Assembly: GCA_023431245.1 (NCBI GenBank)
Contig: JAEYXO010000084.1
Span: forward strand, 1-41,895
Reading direction: 5' to 3'
DNA: 41,895 bases
DNA from: Pseudomonadota bacterium
Lineage (GTDB): Bacteria; Pseudomonadota; Gammaproteobacteria; Burkholderiales; SG8-41
Position numbers and translations under genes: made by a program. Each line of letters begins with the position of its first letter. Position 1 is the stretch's first letter. This document shows, one piece after another, positions 17,520 to 28,456 of the stretch. The notes beneath the pieces are model-generated. The model saw nothing but the letters and a program-made list of their open reading frames with translations. It searched no databases and had not been told where the DNA came from.

Positions 17520-18422
17520 TTACTTGCGGCGCGCCAGCCGCGAACGGCCCGCCCAGTCGCGCGCGAACTGCCAGGCCACGCGGCCGCTGCGCGAACCGCG
17601 CAGCAGCGCCCATTGCAGAGCGGCATGCTCGACCTCGGCGGCCCTGCCCGCCGGCACCTTGAAATGGTCCAGCCAGACACGGACGATGCGCAGGTATTCA
17701 TCCTGGTCGAAGGGGTAGAACGAAACCCAGAGGCCGAAGCGTTCGGACAACGAGATTTTCTCCTCGCTGGTCTCGCCGGGATGGATTTCCTCGCCGACAT
17801 GCCGGTATTCGAGATTTTCCTGCATGAACTCGGGCATCAGGTGCCGGCGGTTCGAGGTTGCGTAAATCAGGCAGTTCTCCGAAGCCGCCGCTACGGAGCC
17901 GTCGAGCACCACTTTCAGCGCCTTGTAGCCGGGTTCGTCAGCTTCGAACGACAGGTCGTCGCAGTAGAGGATGTAACGCTCGGGACGCGCGTGGATCAGT
18001 TCGACGATGTCCGGCAGATCGGTCAGGTCACGCTTCTCGACCTCGATCAGCCGCAGGCCGCGCGACGCATACTTGTTCAGCAGCGCCTTGACCAGCGACG
18101 ATTTGCCGGTACCGCGGGCACCGGTCAGCAGCACGTTGTTTGCCGGCAGTCCGTCGACGAATTGACGGGTGTTGCGCTCCACCAGATCCTTCTGGTCATC
18201 GATGCCCTGCAGGTCGCGCAGATCAATGCGATGCACCTGGTGTATCGGCTCCAGGCTTCCCTGCCCCGACTTCTTGCGCCAGCGGAACGCAATCGACGCC
18301 TTCCAGTCGACCGGCGGAGGCGGGGGCGGCAGCAGTTGCTCGAGCCGACCGAGTATGCCCTCGGCACGCGCCGCCAGGGACTCCCATGACACAGCCGGAT
18401 CGGCGGGCCTCATTTTCTTCAT
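17520..18422 (-). CDS. DUF815-family P-loop ATPase (AAA-like), function unknown
   Basis: 300 aa with a Walker A motif (LLTGARGTGKSS) and a Walker B-like motif (ILYCDDLSF). It sits between argJ and the Nudix gene. An alternative start is ATG 18413. Confidence 0.85.
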   Translation of the reverse strand: MKKMRPADPAVSWESLAARAEGILGRLEQLLPPPPPPVDWKASIAFRWRKKSGQGSLEPIHQVHRIDLRDLQGIDDQKDLVERNTRQFVDGLPANNVLLTGARGTGKSSLVKALLNKYASRGLRLIEVEKRDLTDLPDIVELIHARPERYILYCDDLSFEADEPGYKALKVVLDGSVAAASENCLIYATSNRRHLMPEFMQENLEYRHVGEEIHPGETSEEKISLSERFGLWVSFYPFDQDEYLRIVRVWLDHFKVPAGRAAEVEHAALQWALLRGSRSGRVAWQFARDWAGRSRLARRK

Positions 18423-18460
18423 AACTATTTGTTTTTATTGAATAATTTAACTTCTATAGT
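18411..18460. other. AT-rich island spanning the last argJ codons, the 24-nt spacer and the DUF815 start
   Basis: Plus strand reads CATTTTCTTCATAACTATTTGTTTTTATTGAATAATTTAACTTCTATAGT. argJ ends with the rare codons TAT AGA AGT TAA. The island contains TTTTATTGA (18433-18441), identical to a 9-mer in the murD island. Confidence 0.6.
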
Positions 18461-19685
18461 CGGCATTGATGCTGACGTAATCATGCGACAGATCGCAGGT
18501 CCACACCGTCGCTGCAGCCTTGCCGCGATTGAGGACGACACGCACCGTGATCTCGGCCTGCTTCATCACGCGCTGGCCGTCAGACTCCCGGTACGACGGG
18601 CTGCGTCCGCCGCGCTCCGCCACCAGCACATCGTCGAGATAGAGCTCGACGCCTTCGACTTCGAGGTCGGCGATGCCGGCATAACCGATCGCTGCGAGTA
18701 TCCGGCCGAGGTTCGGATCGGATGCAAAAAACGCGGTCTTGATCAGCGGTGAATGGGCGATTGCCAGGGCAACCTTGCGGCACTCGTCCTCGTTGCGTCC
18801 CGATTCAACCCTGACGGTGATGAACTTGGTCGCCCCCTCTCCGTCGCGGACAATCGCCTGGGCGAGTTCGACGGCCACCGCGGTTACGGCATCGCGGAAT
18901 GCGGCGTACTCGGCGCTTTTCGCATCGGCAATCTCCGCCATCGCCGCCTTGCCGGTGGCCATCAGCATGAAACTGTCGTTGGTCGACGTGTCGCCGTCGA
19001 CGGTGATGCAGTTGAAGGAGCGCTGCGCGGCGTAAGCCACCGCGGCCTTCACCAGCGGCTGGCTGACCGCGGCATCGGTCGCGATGAAGCCGAGCATCGT
19101 CGCCATGTTGGGATGAATCATGCCGGCGCCCTTGGCGATGCCGGTGACGGTCACCGTCGCACCGCCGATATTGAAGCGGCGGGATGCCGCCTTCGGCAGC
19201 GTGTCGGTGGTCATGATCGCTGCCGCGGCATCGGCCCAGACATCGGCCCGCAGTGCATCCCTGCATTGCGGCAGCCCGGCAATGATGCGCTCCACCGGCA
19301 GCGGTTCCATGATGACGCCGGTCGAGAACGGCAGCACCTGCGACGGCGCGCAGCCGAGCATCCTCGCCGCCTCGGCGCAGGTCTGGCGCGCGCGCGCAAG
19401 CCCTTCCTTGCCGGTGCTGGCATTGGCCACGCCGGTGTTGACCACCAGCGCCCGTATGCCCTGGCCGGGGTCGATCATCGACAGGTGCTGGCGGCAGACC
19501 ACCACCGGCGCCGCGCAGAAGCGGTTCTGCGTGAACACGCCGGCAACGCGGGCGCCGGGTTCAAGGCTGATCAGCAGCAGGTCCTTGCGGCCCGCCTTGC
19601 GGATTCCGGCCTGTGCAATGCCCAGCATCACGCCGGGAACCGGCAGCAGCGAGGCGGGGTCGGGAACGTTCAGGTTGACCGGCAT
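18447..19685 (-). CDS. argJ: bifunctional glutamate N-acetyltransferase / amino-acid acetyltransferase ArgJ
   Basis: 412 aa. The autoprocessing site context is [15 protein letters not shown], with conserved [11 protein letters not shown]. Confidence 0.95.
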   Translation of the reverse strand: MPVNLNVPDPASLLPVPGVMLGIAQAGIRKAGRKDLLLISLEPGARVAGVFTQNRFCAAPVVVCRQHLSMIDPGQGIRALVVNTGVANASTGKEGLARARQTCAEAARMLGCAPSQVLPFSTGVIMEPLPVERIIAGLPQCRDALRADVWADAAAAIMTTDTLPKAASRRFNIGGATVTVTGIAKGAGMIHPNMATMLGFIATDAAVSQPLVKAAVAYAAQRSFNCITVDGDTSTNDSFMLMATGKAAMAEIADAKSAEYAAFRDAVTAVAVELAQAIVRDGEGATKFITVRVESGRNEDECRKVALAIAHSPLIKTAFFASDPNLGRILAAIGYAGIADLEVEGVELYLDDVLVAERGGRSPSYRESDGQRVMKQAEITVRVVLNRGKAAATVWTCDLSHDYVSINADYRS

Positions 19686-19691
19686 GGGGCG

Positions 19692-22475
<2,784 letters not shown>

Positions 22476-22484
22476 GGACATCCT

Positions 22485-22515
22485 GAATAAAAAAGGGGTG
22501 GGAAAATCCCACCCC
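22485..22515 (-). terminator. rho-independent terminator downstream of the M23 peptidase gene, immediately upstream of the secA ribosome-binding site
   Basis: Minus strand reads GGGGTGGGA-TTT-TCCCACCCC, a perfect 9-bp stem (22515-22495), followed directly by TTTTTTATT. It starts 27 nt after the upstream stop and ends about 10 nt before the secA SD. Confidence 0.75.
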
Positions 22516-22542
22516 TGCAATTCGCGCTATCGGTACAGCCGT

Positions 22543-23460
22543 TCAACCAGGCAATTGCAGAAACTGCGCGGGGTTGCGCGCGGCACCACGCTGGCGCACC
22601 TCGAAGTGCAGATGCGCACCTGTTGCGCGCCCGGTCCTGCCGACATCGGCAATCCGGGTGCCCCGCAACACGATGTCCCCCACCTTCACCAGACGTTTCG
22701 AAGCGTGTGCGTACCGCGAGATCAGATCATTGCCGTGATCGATCTCGATCATATTACCATATTGGGGGTGGAACTCTGAGTAGACTACGACGCCCGCGGC
22801 CGCAGCGTAAATCGGTGTTCCTTCCTCCGCCATGAAGTCGATGCCTTCGTGAAAAGCGCGCTGCCCGGTGAACGGGTCGATGCGCCAGCCGAAGTTTGAG
22901 GAATACCAGCCCCCTTCCACCGGCAGCTTGGTCGGCGTCAGTTTCTTCCGTGCGCTCTCCAGCGTGAACATCGATTCCAGCAGGCCGAGCTTGTCCCCGC
23001 GGTCCTCGAGCTGGCGCGTCAATTGCTCGACCTGGCGGGTGAAATCACCGAGCGAGAGGTTCTGGCTCGGGATCGAGGACACGGCTCCGCCGCGGCCGGG
23101 CACCTCGTTGAACATCAGATCCTGGGGCTTGAATCCGGCCAGCTTGGCCAGGCGCTCGCCCAGCGTGTCCAGGCGCAGCAGCTGGGCCTGCATCTGCCCC
23201 AGCCGCACCGCCATTGCATTGAGATTGTCCTGAAGGTAGGACTGGTTCTTTTCCTGCTGCTGCTGGTGTATGGTCACCAGCACGTCCCTGACGTAGGGAA
23301 TGTTCAGTTCCGAGGCAAAACGCAAAATGCCGTAGTTGAGCGCACCGGCCAGCGTCAGCACGACAACCATCAGCAATGATGCCAAACCGGCAAGATGCGG
23401 CCACCCCAGCGTGATGGTCCACGCCTTTGGCAGCTTCTCGGAAACCAGAATAATATTCAT
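22543..23460 (-). CDS. M23-family (LytM) peptidoglycan metalloendopeptidase with N-terminal membrane anchor and coiled coil
   Basis: LytM motifs HEGIDF and GAHLHFEV. N-terminal TM segment (LAGLASLLMVVVLTLAGAL). GGGAG lies 8 nt upstream of ATG 23460. The track start at 23466 is a TTG. Confidence 0.9.
   Translation of the reverse strand: MNIILVSEKLPKAWTITLGWPHLAGLASLLMVVVLTLAGALNYGILRFASELNIPYVRDVLVTIHQQQQEKNQSYLQDNLNAMAVRLGQMQAQLLRLDTLGERLAKLAGFKPQDLMFNEVPGRGGAVSSIPSQNLSLGDFTRQVEQLTRQLEDRGDKLGLLESMFTLESARKKLTPTKLPVEGGWYSSNFGWRIDPFTGQRAFHEGIDFMAEEGTPIYAAAAGVVVYSEFHPQYGNMIEIDHGNDLISRYAHASKRLVKVGDIVLRGTRIADVGRTGRATGAHLHFEVRQRGAARNPAQFLQLPG
23427..23456 (+). promoter_or_regulatory. candidate sigma70 promoter of dciA, embedded in the 5' end of the divergent M23 peptidase gene
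   Basis: TTGGCA (23427-23432), an 18-nt spacer, then TAATAT (23451-23456). The site is about 25 nt upstream of ATG 23482. Confidence 0.4.
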
Positions 23461-23481
23461 GGTCAAAACTCCCTTGTCGCC

Positions 23482-23922
23482 ATGCCCACCCGCAAATTCA
23501 GCGCCCTGATTGTAGAAACAGCGGGCTTGTCAGCACTGAACCGGGCAACGCAGCGCATTTCAGCGCTGCAACGGCTTTATTCGGTCTGCGCGCCCCCTGA
23601 ATTGTCCCGAGCAAGCCGGGTGGTCGGAGACCACAACGGTACGCTGGTCATAGCGGCAGACAACGTTGCAATCGCGGCAAAACTGAAACAGATCATGCCC
23701 CGACTGCTGAAGACCCTGCAAAAGCAGAGGGCGCAGGTTACTGGAATCCGGATTCAAGTTCAAGTTTCCGGACAACAATCCGCACTCCGGGCCCACACCG
23801 AAAAAACGGCTTTACCCATTGATTTAATTGATGATTTTGAAAAACTCTCAGGCCGGGTCCGCGATCCCGGCCTGCGCTCGGCCCTGGTCCGTTTCGCCGC
23901 CAGACGCCGGGGCGGGGGCTGA
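23482..23922 (+). CDS. dciA: DUF721 / DciA-family protein (replicative-helicase operator family)
   Basis: 146 aa from ATG 23482. The pattern ...V....GTLVIAADN.AIAAKLKQ..P.LL..L is typical of DUF721. It lies in the betaproteobacterial position between lpxC and secA. The assignment is from pattern recollection, not a search. Confidence 0.7.
   Translation: MPTRKFSALIVETAGLSALNRATQRISALQRLYSVCAPPELSRASRVVGDHNGTLVIAADNVAIAAKLKQIMPRLLKTLQKQRAQVTGIRIQVQVSGQQSALRAHTEKTALPIDLIDDFEKLSGRVRDPGLRSALVRFAARRRGGG
23811..23850. other. AT-rich island inside dciA carrying ATTGATTTAATTGAT
   Basis: Plus strand reads TTTACCCATTGATTTAATTGATGATTTTGAAAAACTCTCA. The codons are ATT GAT TTA ATT GAT GAT TTT GAA AAA, and TTA-Leu is very rare in this window. 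The 15-mer at 23818-23832 matches murD 34372-34386 at 14 of 15 positions. Confidence 0.6.
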
Positions 23923-23933
23923 TGCCCGCCCGC

Positions 23934-24119
23934 TCAGAGGACCATCAGAAAACGTTCGGCGGCATAAAACAGCATCAGCAGCACCGCGAAACCCAGCGTA
24001 CCCAGAAAAACCCGCCAGGCAAAACGCAGGTAACGACGGTCCCTCGAAACCGCGTAGAGCGCAAAAGAGACGCCGATGGCCAGCAGGGCCAGAATGCCGA
24101 CGAGTCGCAGCAGCAGCAT
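23934..24119 (-). CDS. small hypothetical inner-membrane protein (two predicted TM helices)
   Basis: 61-aa ORF starting 29 nt downstream of lpxC. It has two hydrophobic stretches (LVGILALLAIGVSFALYAV and VFLGTLGFAVLLMLFYAA). The SD is weak (AAGG). No family recognised. Confidence 0.5.
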   Translation of the reverse strand: MLLLRLVGILALLAIGVSFALYAVSRDRRYLRFAWRVFLGTLGFAVLLMLFYAAERFLMVL

Positions 24120-24148
24120 GGGAGGACCTTACCCCGGGTTAGGGCCGG

Positions 24149-25060
24149 TCAAGCCGCCTGGGGCTGCCAGGCGAGGAACGGGGGTGCGTCTTCGTTGCGG
24201 TCAAAACTGACGTATTCCCAGGCCTTGGGCTGTTCCAGCAGGCGGCGCAGCAGGCGGTTGTTCATGGCATGCCCCGACTTGTGGCCGCTGAATGCGCCGA
24301 TCAGGGGATGGCCCAGCAGGTAGAGATCCCCGATCGCGTCGAGCACCTTGTGCTTGACGAATTCATTGTCGTAACGGAGTCCGTCGCTGTTGAGCACACG
24401 GTACTCGTCCATCACGATCGCGTTGTCCAGGCTGCCGCCCAGCGCGAGCCCCTGCGAACGCATGCTTTCCACATCCTGCATGAAACCGAAGGTGCGGGCT
24501 CGCGCCACTTCGTTGACATAGGACGTGGAGGAAAAATCAACCACCACCGACTGCGCACTGGCATCGAACACCGGGTGAGCATAGTCGATCGCCAGTTCCA
24601 GCCGGAAACCGTTGTGGGGATCAAAACGCACCCACTTGTCGCCGTCGCGAACCTCGACCGGCTTCAGGATGCGGATGAATTTTTTCGGCGCTTCCTGTTC
24701 TTCAATGCCGGCCGACTGCAGCAGGAACACGAAGGGACCGGCGCTGCCGTCCATGATCGGCACTTCAGGCGCCGTCACGTCGATCCAGACATTGTCCACG
24801 CCAAGCCCCGCCAGGGCCGACATCAGGTGCTCGACCGTCTGCACCCGCGCGCCGTCCTTCTCGAGGCAGGACGACAGCCGGGTGTCGTGCACGGCATACG
24901 GATCGGCCCTGATCTCGACCGGAGGCTCGAGGTCGGTCCTGCGGAACACGATGCCGGTGTGCGGCTGCGCCGGGCGCAGGGTCAGATGGACCTTCTCGCC
25001 CGTGTGCAGACCCACGCCGGTGGCGCGGATCACGTTCTTCAATGTGCGCTGCCTGATCAT
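24149..25060 (-). CDS. lpxC: UDP-3-O-acyl-N-acetylglucosamine deacetylase
   Basis: [29 protein letters not shown]-terminus. Zinc-ligand context TVEHLMSAL and [13 protein letters not shown]. 303 aa. Confidence 0.96.
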   Translation of the reverse strand: MIRQRTLKNVIRATGVGLHTGEKVHLTLRPAQPHTGIVFRRTDLEPPVEIRADPYAVHDTRLSSCLEKDGARVQTVEHLMSALAGLGVDNVWIDVTAPEVPIMDGSAGPFVFLLQSAGIEEQEAPKKFIRILKPVEVRDGDKWVRFDPHNGFRLELAIDYAHPVFDASAQSVVVDFSSTSYVNEVARARTFGFMQDVESMRSQGLALGGSLDNAIVMDEYRVLNSDGLRYDNEFVKHKVLDAIGDLYLLGHPLIGAFSGHKSGHAMNNRLLRRLLEQPKAWEYVSFDRNEDAPPFLAWQPQAA

Positions 25061-25109
25061 CGTAACGAAGCTTATCCCTTGCCCCCGCTTTGCGGGGCTT
25101 TATAGGCGG

Positions 25110-25137
25110 ATTTTATCATGCTGCGGCACTGCAACAA
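25110..25137 (-). promoter_or_regulatory. candidate extended -10 promoter for lpxC in the ftsZ-lpxC spacer
   Basis: Minus strand reads TTGTTG (25137-25132), a 16-nt spacer, then TGATAAAAT (25118-25110). A small hairpin, CCCCGC-TTT-GCGGGG (25083-25097), lies in the leader. Confidence 0.4.
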
Positions 25138-25208
25138 AACCGGCCCGCGGGCGCCGGATGACCGGCCCGCCCGCCGGCGGCGCCCGCATTTCCCGCCGCA
25201 TCCCGCGA

Positions 25209-26369
25209 TCAGTCCGCCTGCTTGCGCAGGAATGCCGGAATGTCGAGCATTTCCACCCCGGATTGCCGCATCGCCTCCACCGTCGCATCGCGGTTGCGGC
25301 GGCGGATCACGGCAGGCTGCTCCAGCGCGCCGTAATCGACGTCCATCCCCATGTTGTCGGTGCCGGTCTTCTGCGACACGACAATCATCGGCTTGGGCTG
25401 CTGCCGGACCATCGGCTTGCCCAGACCGGTCGCCACGATGGTCACCCGCAGGCCGTCTTCAAGGCTGTCGTCGTACACCGTGCCGACGATGACGGTCGCC
25501 GAGTCGGCGGCAAAGGCCTTGATGGTTTCCATGACGTCGTACATTTCCTGCAGCTGGAAGGTCGCCTTGCTGGCCGAGATGTTGACCAGCACGCCGCGTG
25601 CGTCCGAAATGTTGATGTCCTCCAGCAGCGGGCAGGCCACGGCCTGTTCGGCCGCTTCGCGGGCACGGCCGATGCCGGCCGCCTTGGCGGAACCCATCAT
25701 TGCCATGCCCATTTCGCCCATCACCGTCCTCACGTCGGCAAAGTCGACGTTGATCATGCCCGGACAGCTGATGATTTCGGCAATGCCGGCGACCGCCCCG
25801 TGAAGAACGTCGTTGGCCGCGCGGAAGGCCTCGTCGAGGGTGATCGAGTTGCCCAGCACCTGCATCAGCTTGTCGTTGGGAATCACGATCAGCGAGTCGA
25901 CATGCTGCGCCAGCGCATCAAGTCCCTCCTGCGCGATGCGCTGCCGCTTGCCCTCGAACGCGAACGGCTTGGTCACCACGGCCACCGTCAGGATGCCGAG
26001 TTCCTTGGCGATTTCGGCGACCACCGGCGCGGCGCCGGTGCCGGTGCCGCCGCCCATGCCGGCGGTCAGGAACAGCATGTCGGCGCCCGAGATCAGTTCG
26101 GCGATGCGCTCCCGGTCCTCAAGGGCGGCCTGGCGGCCGATTTCCGGGTTCGCGCCGGCACCCAGTCCCTTGGTGATTTCACCGCCAAGCTGCAGCTGCG
26201 TTTTGGCCTGATTGCGCTTGAGCGCCTGGGCATCGGTGTTGGCGCAGATGAACTCCACGCCCTGGACGCCCTGCACGATCATGTGATCCACCGCATTGCC
26301 GCCGCAACCGCCGACACCGATCACCTTTATTACCGCTTCCTGCGCCTGTGCATCAATCAGTTCAATCAT
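25209..26369 (-). CDS. ftsZ: cell division protein FtsZ
   Basis: GVGGCGGNAV and GGGTGTGAAPV tubulin signatures. The C-terminal peptide is DIPAFLRKQAD. AAGGAGA lies 5 nt upstream of ATG 26369, 7 codons inside the track ORF. Confidence 0.97.
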   Translation of the reverse strand: MIELIDAQAQEAVIKVIGVGGCGGNAVDHMIVQGVQGVEFICANTDAQALKRNQAKTQLQLGGEITKGLGAGANPEIGRQAALEDRERIAELISGADMLFLTAGMGGGTGTGAAPVVAEIAKELGILTVAVVTKPFAFEGKRQRIAQEGLDALAQHVDSLIVIPNDKLMQVLGNSITLDEAFRAANDVLHGAVAGIAEIISCPGMINVDFADVRTVMGEMGMAMMGSAKAAGIGRAREAAEQAVACPLLEDINISDARGVLVNISASKATFQLQEMYDVMETIKAFAADSATVIVGTVYDDSLEDGLRVTIVATGLGKPMVRQQPKPMIVVSQKTGTDNMGMDVDYGALEQPAVIRRRNRDATVEAMRQSGVEMLDIPAFLRKQAD

Positions 26370-26456
26370 GTGAATCTCCTTTTTCCGCAAACAAAGTAAT
26401 GTTGAAAAGTCCCGCCATCCCGAAAACCAGAAACCGTATGCCCTGCATTCCCCGCA

Positions 26457-27695
26457 CTAGAAATTCCCCGTAAACCAGTTCTTCATGCGCTCCAGCACCT
26501 GCTGGAGGCTGCTGACATGCATGCGCGCCGCATCGCGCTGGCGATGCTCGTCGGCGCCCGCGATCAGCAGTCCGACGCCGGTCGCGTAACGCGTGCTGCG
26601 CACGACCTCGGACAGCCCGCCCGAGTACTGCGGCATGCCGATGCGCACCGGCATGTGGAAGATCTCCTCCCCCAGTTCGACCATGCCCTGCATCGCGCTC
26701 GACCCGCCGGTCAGCACCACGCCGGAGGACAGCAGCTCCTCGTAGCCGCTGCGGCGCAGCTCGGCCTGCACCAGCGAATACAGCTCCTCGACCCGCGGCT
26801 CGATGACTTCCGCCAGCGTCTTGCGCGACAGCTGGCGGGTGCTGCGGTCGCCAACGCCGGGCACGTCGACCATTTCCTGGGGATCGGCGAGCTGCGACAG
26901 CGCGCAGCCGTAACGCTGCTTGATGTCTTCCGCGTCCTTGGTCGGCGTGCGCAGCGCCATCGCAATGTCGTTGGTGATCTGGTCGCCTGCAATCGGGATC
27001 ACCGCGGTATGGCGGATCGCGCCGTGGGTGAACACGGCCATGTCGGTGGTGCCCCCGCCGATGTCGACCAGGCAGACCCCGAGGTCCTTTTCGTCATCCG
27101 AGAGCACGGCGACCGATGACGCCAGGGGCTGCAGGATCAGGTCGTTGACTTCGAGGCCGCAGCGGCGCACGCACTTGATGATGTTCTGTGCCGACGACAC
27201 GGCGCCGGTGACGATGTGCACCTTGACTTCCAGGCGCACCCCCGACATGCCCAGCGGCTCGCGCACATCCTCCTGGCCGTCGATGATGAATTCCTGGTTG
27301 AGCACGTGCAGGATCTGCTGGTCGTTGGGAATCTGCACCGCCTTCGCGGTTTCGATCACGCGATCGATGTCCTGCTGCGACACCTCCTTGTCCTTGATCG
27401 CGACCATGCCCTGGGAATTGAAGCTCTTGATGTGGTTGCCGGCGATGCCGGTGTACACCTCGCGGATCTTGCAGTCGGCCATCAGCTCGGCCTCCTCCAG
27501 CGCGCGCTGGATGGCATTGACGGTGGTTTCGATGTTGACCACCACGCCTTTCTTCAGCCCGCGCGAAGGATGGCTGCCCATGCCGATGATCTCGAAACCG
27601 CCCTCCGGCTTGAGTTCGGCGACGATGGCGACGATCTTCGAGGTCCCGATGTCGAGCCCCACCACGATCTTCTTGTTTTCCCTGGCCTTGTTCAT
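26457..27695 (-). CDS. ftsA: cell division protein FtsA
   Basis: Actin-fold motifs VVGLDIGTSKI and VDIGGGTTD, plus a C-terminal amphipathic helix (LERMKNWFTGNF). The start is taken as ATG 27695 (MNKAR...). The alternative is ATG 27707. Confidence 0.95.
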   Translation of the reverse strand: MNKARENKKIVVGLDIGTSKIVAIVAELKPEGGFEIIGMGSHPSRGLKKGVVVNIETTVNAIQRALEEAELMADCKIREVYTGIAGNHIKSFNSQGMVAIKDKEVSQQDIDRVIETAKAVQIPNDQQILHVLNQEFIIDGQEDVREPLGMSGVRLEVKVHIVTGAVSSAQNIIKCVRRCGLEVNDLILQPLASSVAVLSDDEKDLGVCLVDIGGGTTDMAVFTHGAIRHTAVIPIAGDQITNDIAMALRTPTKDAEDIKQRYGCALSQLADPQEMVDVPGVGDRSTRQLSRKTLAEVIEPRVEELYSLVQAELRRSGYEELLSSGVVLTGGSSAMQGMVELGEEIFHMPVRIGMPQYSGGLSEVVRSTRYATGVGLLIAGADEHRQRDAARMHVSSLQQVLERMKNWFTGNF

Positions 27696-27721
27696 CTGTC
27701 CTGTCATTCCCTGTGGATCAC

Positions 27722-28456
27722 CTATGCACCGCTCCTGCGCCGGACGTCGTCCGCCGCCGGCAACCCCGGCACCCGCGCCGCAAACCCGTTCGCATACCGC
27801 AGGTCGACCCGGTCAACCGGACGGGTCATGCGCGCGATCGTCCGCGGGTAGACGGCGACAAAACGACGCAGGCGCTGTTCAACCTGTTCCCTGCCGAGAT
27901 CCAGCGTGGTGCCGTCATCCAGCTTCAGCTGCCAGGCGCGCCGCGGCGACAGGTTGATTTCCCCGGGAATCCTGCCGATGTCCTCAAGGTTGCGGCGAAA
28001 ATGGTCGTACTGGATGGCCATTTCCTTGGCGGCACCCGGCGGACCGTTGAAGACCGGAAGTGCGCCGTCGAAAGCGGCCGCAAACACCTCGCCATGCACA
28101 TTGACCAGTGCGTCGCGCCCCCAGCGCGCCAGGGGCACATGCTCGGTCAACGCCACCTCCAGCCCGCCCGGCCACTGCCGGCGCACGGTGGCGCTGCGCA
28201 CCCAGGGCAGTTTCTCGAAAGCTCCGCGCACCGTGTCCAGGTTCAGGGTGAACAGGGTGCCTCCGACCTCGCGCCGGACAATTTCCTCGACCTGCTGGCG
28301 GGTGACATGGTCCACCGGCGTGGCCACGCGCACCTGTGTGATCGAAAACACCGGCTGCCTCACCGCGTGAAACACACCGGCGTAAAGGACGGCGAGCAGC
28401 ACCGCGACGAACAGCAGGTCGGCGATGAAGTTCAGCGCTGCGGGCTTATCCCACAT
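27722..28456 (-). CDS. ftsQ: cell division protein FtsQ
   Basis: 244 aa with an N-terminal TM segment ([22 protein letters not shown]) and POTRA-type followed by FtsQ-type domains. It overlaps the ddl stop by 11 nt. Canonical position. Confidence 0.9.
   Translation of the reverse strand: MWDKPAALNFIADLLFVAVLLAVLYAGVFHAVRQPVFSITQVRVATPVDHVTRQQVEEIVRREVGGTLFTLNLDTVRGAFEKLPWVRSATVRRQWPGGLEVALTEHVPLARWGRDALVNVHGEVFAAAFDGALPVFNGPPGAAKEMAIQYDHFRRNLEDIGRIPGEINLSPRRAWQLKLDDGTTLDLGREQVEQRLRRFVAVYPRTIARMTRPVDRVDLRYANGFAARVPGLPAADDVRRRSGA

Noticed and set aside
23851-23872. GGCCGGG/CCCGGCC hairpin inside dciA as a minus-strand terminator for lpxC and the small ORF
   Set aside because: The T-run on the minus strand starts only 6 nt after the stem (TGAGAG TTTTT) and the loop is 8 nt, so this is not a canonical intrinsic terminator. 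I kept it only as context for the AT-island finding.
26351-26369. ATTGAACTGATTGAT at the ftsZ start codon resembles the ATTGA-N4-ATTGAT motif of the AT islands
   Set aside because: Here it simply encodes the conserved FtsZ N-terminus (M-I-E-L-I-D) and lies on the opposite DNA strand from the three islands. It is most likely coincidence.
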